Assembly (NCBI GenBank): GCA_964229545.1
Contig: CAXRDP010000067.1
Location: 20,162-84,161 of the forward strand
Direction: 5' to 3'
From: Flavobacteriaceae bacterium
GTDB lineage: Bacteria > Bacteroidota > Bacteroidia > Flavobacteriales > Flavobacteriaceae
DNA: 64,000 bases
The notes beneath the pieces were generated by a model. It was not told where the DNA came from. It saw only the letters and a list, made by a program, of their open reading frames with translations, and made no database searches. A program made the position numbers and the translations under genes. Below, piece by piece: positions 60,366 to 64,000 of the stretch; the first letter of the stretch is position 1, and every line of letters starts with the position of its first letter.

Positions 60366-60688
60366 TTAGCAACAAAACAGAACAATTCCTCAAATTGGGT
60401 TACCAAGTGCCAAATCACTACTTCGAGCGCTCCAAGCAACGTATGTTGAATCGTATTTTGATGCCAAGCGAGCAAACTACAGTCGTACGCCCCTTGTGGA
60501 AAAAACTGACCGCAGCCGCAGCAGTCATCGTGTTGCTTTTGGCAACAAAATGGTCTATTGATAATTATCAACCTTTGTCAGCTGCTGAGTTTAGCGATTA
60601 CGACATCTTGCTTGTGGAGTCAATTTCAGTTGAAGAAGAGGACTTCGACCTATGGTTTGAAGAGAATTATGTGTTAGACATTCTTTGA
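60362..60688 (+). CDS. Single-pass membrane protein, candidate anti-sigma factor
   Basis: Its start overlaps the sigma-gene stop (ATGA). It has one TM segment (LTAAAAVIVLLLA) and an acidic C-terminus, but no zinc-finger anti-sigma motif. Confidence 0.4.
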   Translation: MISNKTEQFLKLGYQVPNHYFERSKQRMLNRILMPSEQTTVVRPLWKKLTAAAAVIVLLLATKWSIDNYQPLSAAEFSDYDILLVESISVEEEDFDLWFEENYVLDIL

Positions 60689-60741
60689 GTTACAACTTTT
60701 TATAATACCTAGGGTCTAAAGGTTAGAAAATAAACGTACAA

Positions 60742-61245
60742 GTGATGAAATCGAAAATTTTATATCTATTAGCTGCCTTTTTGTTTGCCTTGCCACTTAG
60801 CGCGCAACAAGGAAAGGGAACCCCGAAAGACAACCTCCGTGGTATGGAAAAAATCCTAACTCCAGAGCAAATCGAAATGCTAAAGGCCCAAAACGAATTG
60901 GTCAGAACGCAAAGAGAGGCTTTTAAAAACAGCCTGACCGACGAACAACGGGCTATCATGCAAAGCCGTGATCTGCGCCCTGAGGAGCGAAGAAAAGCCC
61001 TTATGGCATCGCTCAATCAGCAACAACGCGATTTGCTAGACACCCACAAAGACAACATCCGTGACCTGAAAGATGCGTTTAGAGAATCACTCTCCGATGA
61101 GCAAAAAGAAGCACTAAAAAAACGCCGTCATAACATCAAACAGCGCCAACGTCAACTCAAGGAACGCCGCGAACAAATCAAAAAGCGAAAAGAAGAGATG
61201 AAAGAAAGAAAACGCAAAGGTGGGAAAAAGCGTGGTAGAGGCTAA
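60742..61245 (+). CDS. Spy/CpxP-like periplasmic protein with LTxxQ motifs and a hyper-basic tail
   Basis: Signal peptide, then LTPEQ, LTDEQ and LSDEQ repeats. The C-terminal 40 aa are K/R-rich. Confidence 0.6.
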   Translation: MMKSKILYLLAAFLFALPLSAQQGKGTPKDNLRGMEKILTPEQIEMLKAQNELVRTQREAFKNSLTDEQRAIMQSRDLRPEERRKALMASLNQQQRDLLDTHKDNIRDLKDAFRESLSDEQKEALKKRRHNIKQRQRQLKERREQIKKRKEEMKERKRKGGKKRGRG

Positions 61246-61269
61246 ATTTTAACGAGATATGCCTACATA

Positions 61270-61304
61270 AATAGTGCTTGACCAAAGTTGGGCACTATTT
61301 TTTA
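61270..61304 (+). terminator. Rho-independent terminator
   Basis: Stem aatagtgc/gcactatt with a 14-nt loop, followed by a T-run. Confidence 0.65.
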
Positions 61305-61314
61305 TATTTATAAC

Positions 61315-62142
61315 ATGAAAAAAACAATTGCCCTATTTCTTTTTTTCTGCTTGGGACTCGTTCAAGCCCAAGACATAGACGAAAAATCTGAACTTGACGC
61401 CCTTCTTGACAGTCTTTTTGCTGTTGACACCCTATCTATCCTCAACGCCTCTTCTTCATTTTTATACGCCTCCGCCCAATACGACAATCAAGTCTATTTT
61501 TCGGGACGTGATTTTGAAATCGACCAGTATGGTTTTGTCCCCAGTTTGACCTATATGAGCACCAAAGGCTTATTTGTCAATGTGGGGGCTTTGTATTACA
61601 GCGCTTTGGAACCCGCTTGGGACTTGGTCGCTGCGGGTTTTGGGCATTTTTGGTATCTAAGCCCCGACAAGTCGATCAGCGTTCAGGGGAGCTACAACCG
61701 CTTTTTCTATGCCGAAGAACAAGATGGGCTAAACAAAAACCTGTTGAGCACCGGCTTGTCATACCGAAAAAAGAAACTCGGTGCCGGCTTGGGTGTTGGT
61801 TATTTATTCGGAGGCGATGCGAACTATTATGTCACCCTCCGCACAGATTACACCATCGATTTGGCCGAATGGGGCGAGGTTGAACTTAGCCTGAGACCAT
61901 CCATAGATTTGCTGTTTAGCCAGCAAAATATTACCGAACAAGTGAGCCTCACCGAAGTAACCCAGCGCGATGTGTTTGACCTTATCAACACCCAACTCGC
62001 TATCCCATTAGAAATAGACGTGGGTAGCTTTGATGTCGAATTGAGCTACAACATCAACTTGCCAAAGGCTTTGCCGGATGAAGAATCGCTTTCAACCAAT
62101 GGTTATGTGTCGGTTGGGGTAGGGTATATTTTTCCATTTTAA
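61315..62142 (+). CDS. Hypothetical outer-membrane beta-barrel protein
   Basis: Signal peptide (LVQAQD), beta-strand periodicity and a C-terminal YIFPF. Confidence 0.4.
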   Translation: MKKTIALFLFFCLGLVQAQDIDEKSELDALLDSLFAVDTLSILNASSSFLYASAQYDNQVYFSGRDFEIDQYGFVPSLTYMSTKGLFVNVGALYYSALEPAWDLVAAGFGHFWYLSPDKSISVQGSYNRFFYAEEQDGLNKNLLSTGLSYRKKKLGAGLGVGYLFGGDANYYVTLRTDYTIDLAEWGEVELSLRPSIDLLFSQQNITEQVSLTEVTQRDVFDLINTQLAIPLEIDVGSFDVELSYNINLPKALPDEESLSTNGYVSVGVGYIFPF

Positions 62143-62191
62143 ATCTATTAAACACATCAGAGTTCATATATTTAATAATAAATTCTTACAT

Positions 62192-62392
62192 ATGAGACCA
62201 ATACTTTTAGAGGCCCTAAAGCAACACGCCATGGGCCACATTGCCAAGCACAAAGCCAACTTGGAAGTCTATCTCAATCAGCCTGTGGGCATAGGTGAGC
62301 ATTCAGATATTATTGAGGCTATGGAAGTCGAAATTGATCAGATTGCCAAATATCATGACCAACTGGAAATCATTGAAAAATACTTAAGCTAA
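62192..62392 (+). CDS. Small helical hypothetical protein (66 aa)
   Basis: ATG-initiated ORF in an otherwise empty interval. No motif recognised. Confidence 0.35.
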   Translation: MRPILLEALKQHAMGHIAKHKANLEVYLNQPVGIGEHSDIIEAMEVEIDQIAKYHDQLEIIEKYLS

Positions 62393-62503
62393 TAAAGTTT
62401 ATTAAAGTAAGCCTGCGGAGTGCGTAGCTGACAATTGGACTCCATCGATGGGGCGATTCTTGCAACTTATGCAAAGAAAAAACCTAACTAATGGTACATT
62501 CTG

Positions 62504-63397
62504 TCAAGTAGTGCCATAGCGCTTGGTCACCAAATACACCCCCGCCAAGACTGCCAAGAATGAAAAAACGCCCACCGTTGTTAGGCTGTCAGCGCCCACA
62601 AGAATCGCAAATACAATCCCCATCACAGGTTGCAAATAGGTAAAAACAGATACCGTTGAGGCTTTGAGGGTTTTTAGGGCAAAAATGTTAAACAAATAGG
62701 TCAGAAAGGTAGTTCCCAAAACCACAAATCCGATACGCCAAAGCGCAGAGAAGGGCATCACATGCCAATTTACTTCTTGAAACTCCCTCCAAGTTACTGG
62801 AAGACACACCACCAACCCGATCAAAAAGAGCCACTTAAGCAAATGTATGGGGTGATATTTTTGGGAAAGGGGTCTAACAAAAACAAGATACAAAGCAAAG
62901 CTTCCTGCATTGATAACAAACAGCATATTTCCCAGTGGAATATTTGGAGCTTTTGCGTGTAACTGGTCATTAAAAACCACCAAAAACAAGGCCCCAAAAA
63001 AGCCAAGTAATACCCCAACAATTCTGGATTTTATCAATTGTTCTTTGAGCAAAAACGCTGAAAAAATAAACACTAAAATAGGAGTCGTGGTGATGATAAC
63101 CGCACTGTTTATAGGCGTGGAATACTCCAAACCTTTAAAAAATGACAACATATTGATGCCCATGCCGAAAAAAGCACATACAAATAGGCGTAAATAATCT
63201 TTTTTTTCAATTGGATTTCTGGGCACAAATAGTCCTGCCAACCAAAATAATAGGGTGGCTCCCAGCAAACGAATCATGATAAACCCAAAGCCTTGCACAT
63301 AAGTGGGCATTACGTCTTTGGCTATGGTATGGTTGAGGGCATAGATAGTAGTGGCTCCAAAGGCTGCGAGCAAAGCCCATGCGCGCTTATTTCCCAT
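62504..63397 (-). CDS. DMT-superfamily (EamA) transporter
   Basis: 10-TM layout with two EamA-like halves. Confidence 0.85.
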   Translation of the reverse strand: MGNKRAWALLAAFGATTIYALNHTIAKDVMPTYVQGFGFIMIRLLGATLLFWLAGLFVPRNPIEKKDYLRLFVCAFFGMGINMLSFFKGLEYSTPINSAVIITTTPILVFIFSAFLLKEQLIKSRIVGVLLGFFGALFLVVFNDQLHAKAPNIPLGNMLFVINAGSFALYLVFVRPLSQKYHPIHLLKWLFLIGLVVCLPVTWREFQEVNWHVMPFSALWRIGFVVLGTTFLTYLFNIFALKTLKASTVSVFTYLQPVMGIVFAILVGADSLTTVGVFSFLAVLAGVYLVTKRYGTT

Positions 63398-63743
63398 GAA
63401 TCGCTTGTTGCATCATATCCACTGTCTTTTTGGCATTCCCAATGTAAAATTGACCATTCCAGATCAAAATGGGGCGCTTTAGACAGCTGTACGCTGTCAA
63501 TAAGAGTTTTTTAAACAACGCCTCATCTGAGACTGTACCTTCTTTTTTTAAAGCCGCATAGACCTTGGATCGCTTATTGATTAAGGCTTCATAGCTCTGG
63601 GTGTTTTCATATAGTTCCTGCAATTGAGAAGCGGAGATGGGCTGGTGCTTAACATCTTGAAGTTGGGTTTCTTTTGGCAGGTCTAGCTCCTTTAGGATGC
63701 GCATACAAGTGTTACAAGTAGAAAGGTAGATATATGTATTCAT
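63387..63743 (-). CDS. ArsC/Spx/YffB family protein
   Basis: N-terminal IYLSTCNTC motif and a length of about 118 aa. Confidence 0.8.
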   Translation of the reverse strand: MNTYIYLSTCNTCMRILKELDLPKETQLQDVKHQPISASQLQELYENTQSYEALINKRSKVYAALKKEGTVSDEALFKKLLLTAYSCLKRPILIWNGQFYIGNAKKTVDMMQQAIHGK

Positions 63744-63810
63744 GAAAAGAAATTTCTATTCAAATATCATATTTTTAATCTAAAAGAGGGGGCTGTTGAC
63801 CAAACTTAAA

Positions 63811-63818
63811 TACATTTG
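63811..63818 (+). promoter_or_regulatory. Bacteroidota -7 promoter box TACATTTG
   Basis: Matches TAnnTTTG, 18 nt before the ATG at 63837. Confidence 0.45.
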
Positions 63819-63836
63819 CGTTGAGAATCCAGAAAT

Positions 63837-64000
63837 ATGGGAAAATCTGATAGTAAATTCAATACCAAAACCATTCATGGAGGACAAGCTCCCGACGTTG
63901 CCTATGGCGCGGTTATGCCGCCTGTCTATTTGACCTCGACCTATGCGCAAAGTACCCCCGGGGGGCATAAAGGCTACGAATACAGCCGCACACACAACCC
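63837..64000 (+). CDS. Cys/Met-metabolism PLP-dependent enzyme (cystathionine gamma-synthase/beta-lyase/methionine gamma-lyase family); 3' end lies outside the window
   Basis: My own translation gives MGKSDSKFNTKTIHGGQAPD...PPVYLTSTYAQ...YEYSRTHN, the typical family N-terminus. It is not in the ORF track because no stop is reached. Confidence 0.85.
   Translation, partial: MGKSDSKFNTKTIHGGQAPDVAYGAVMPPVYLTSTYAQSTPGGHKGYEYSRTHN

Noticed and set aside
62440-62453. 14-nt near-palindrome CTCCATCGATGGGG between convergent genes
   Set aside because: It has no loop or T-run, so it does not look like a terminator. It occurs only once, and no regulator context makes it interpretable.

Overview
This window looks like a densely packed chromosomal core region of a Bacteroidota genome, most likely class Flavobacteriia. 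Three things support that assignment. The gene order is typical: rplM-rpsI-rpsB-tsf-pyrH-frr, asnS-rpoN, and a short glgA-like gene divergent from panCD. TAnnTTTG -7 promoter boxes sit upstream of many genes. Shine-Dalgarno sequences are absent.

I call about 66 CDS, one tRNA-Ala(GGC), a few intrinsic terminators and several -7 promoter boxes. Main contents:
- polA, a ribosomal-protein and translation-factor cluster, and an MMPL/RND exporter
- asnS, rpoN, tdh/kbl, panCD, radA, xth, glyQS and comF
- sdhCAB, thiL and a complete suf Fe-S assembly operon (sufA-like, B, C, D, S, E, DUF59, DUF2480)
- hflX-lpxH-queD, phosphatases, a beta-carbonic anhydrase and an ECF sigma module

I see no CRISPR array, integrase, transposase, or recognisable defence or toxin-antitoxin system, and I cannot point to a convincing novel multi-gene system.

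The most unusual locus is the tRNA-Ala region (about 55336-56190). It holds an AT-rich GIY-YIG gene broken by a nonsense codon, and its ancestral reading frame runs into the tRNA and ends on the TAG of the D-loop. Fragments of the tRNA 5' part are repeated upstream of the gene. Two decayed copies of the tRNA 3' end recur downstream at a period of about 160 bp.

Secondary oddities:
- a lipoprotein gene wedged between sufB and sufC
- a thioredoxin-fold protein with no active-site cysteines
- an unusually high number of convergent gene pairs that share overlapping stop codons

All calls come from reading the sequence and from remembered family motifs. No searches were run.
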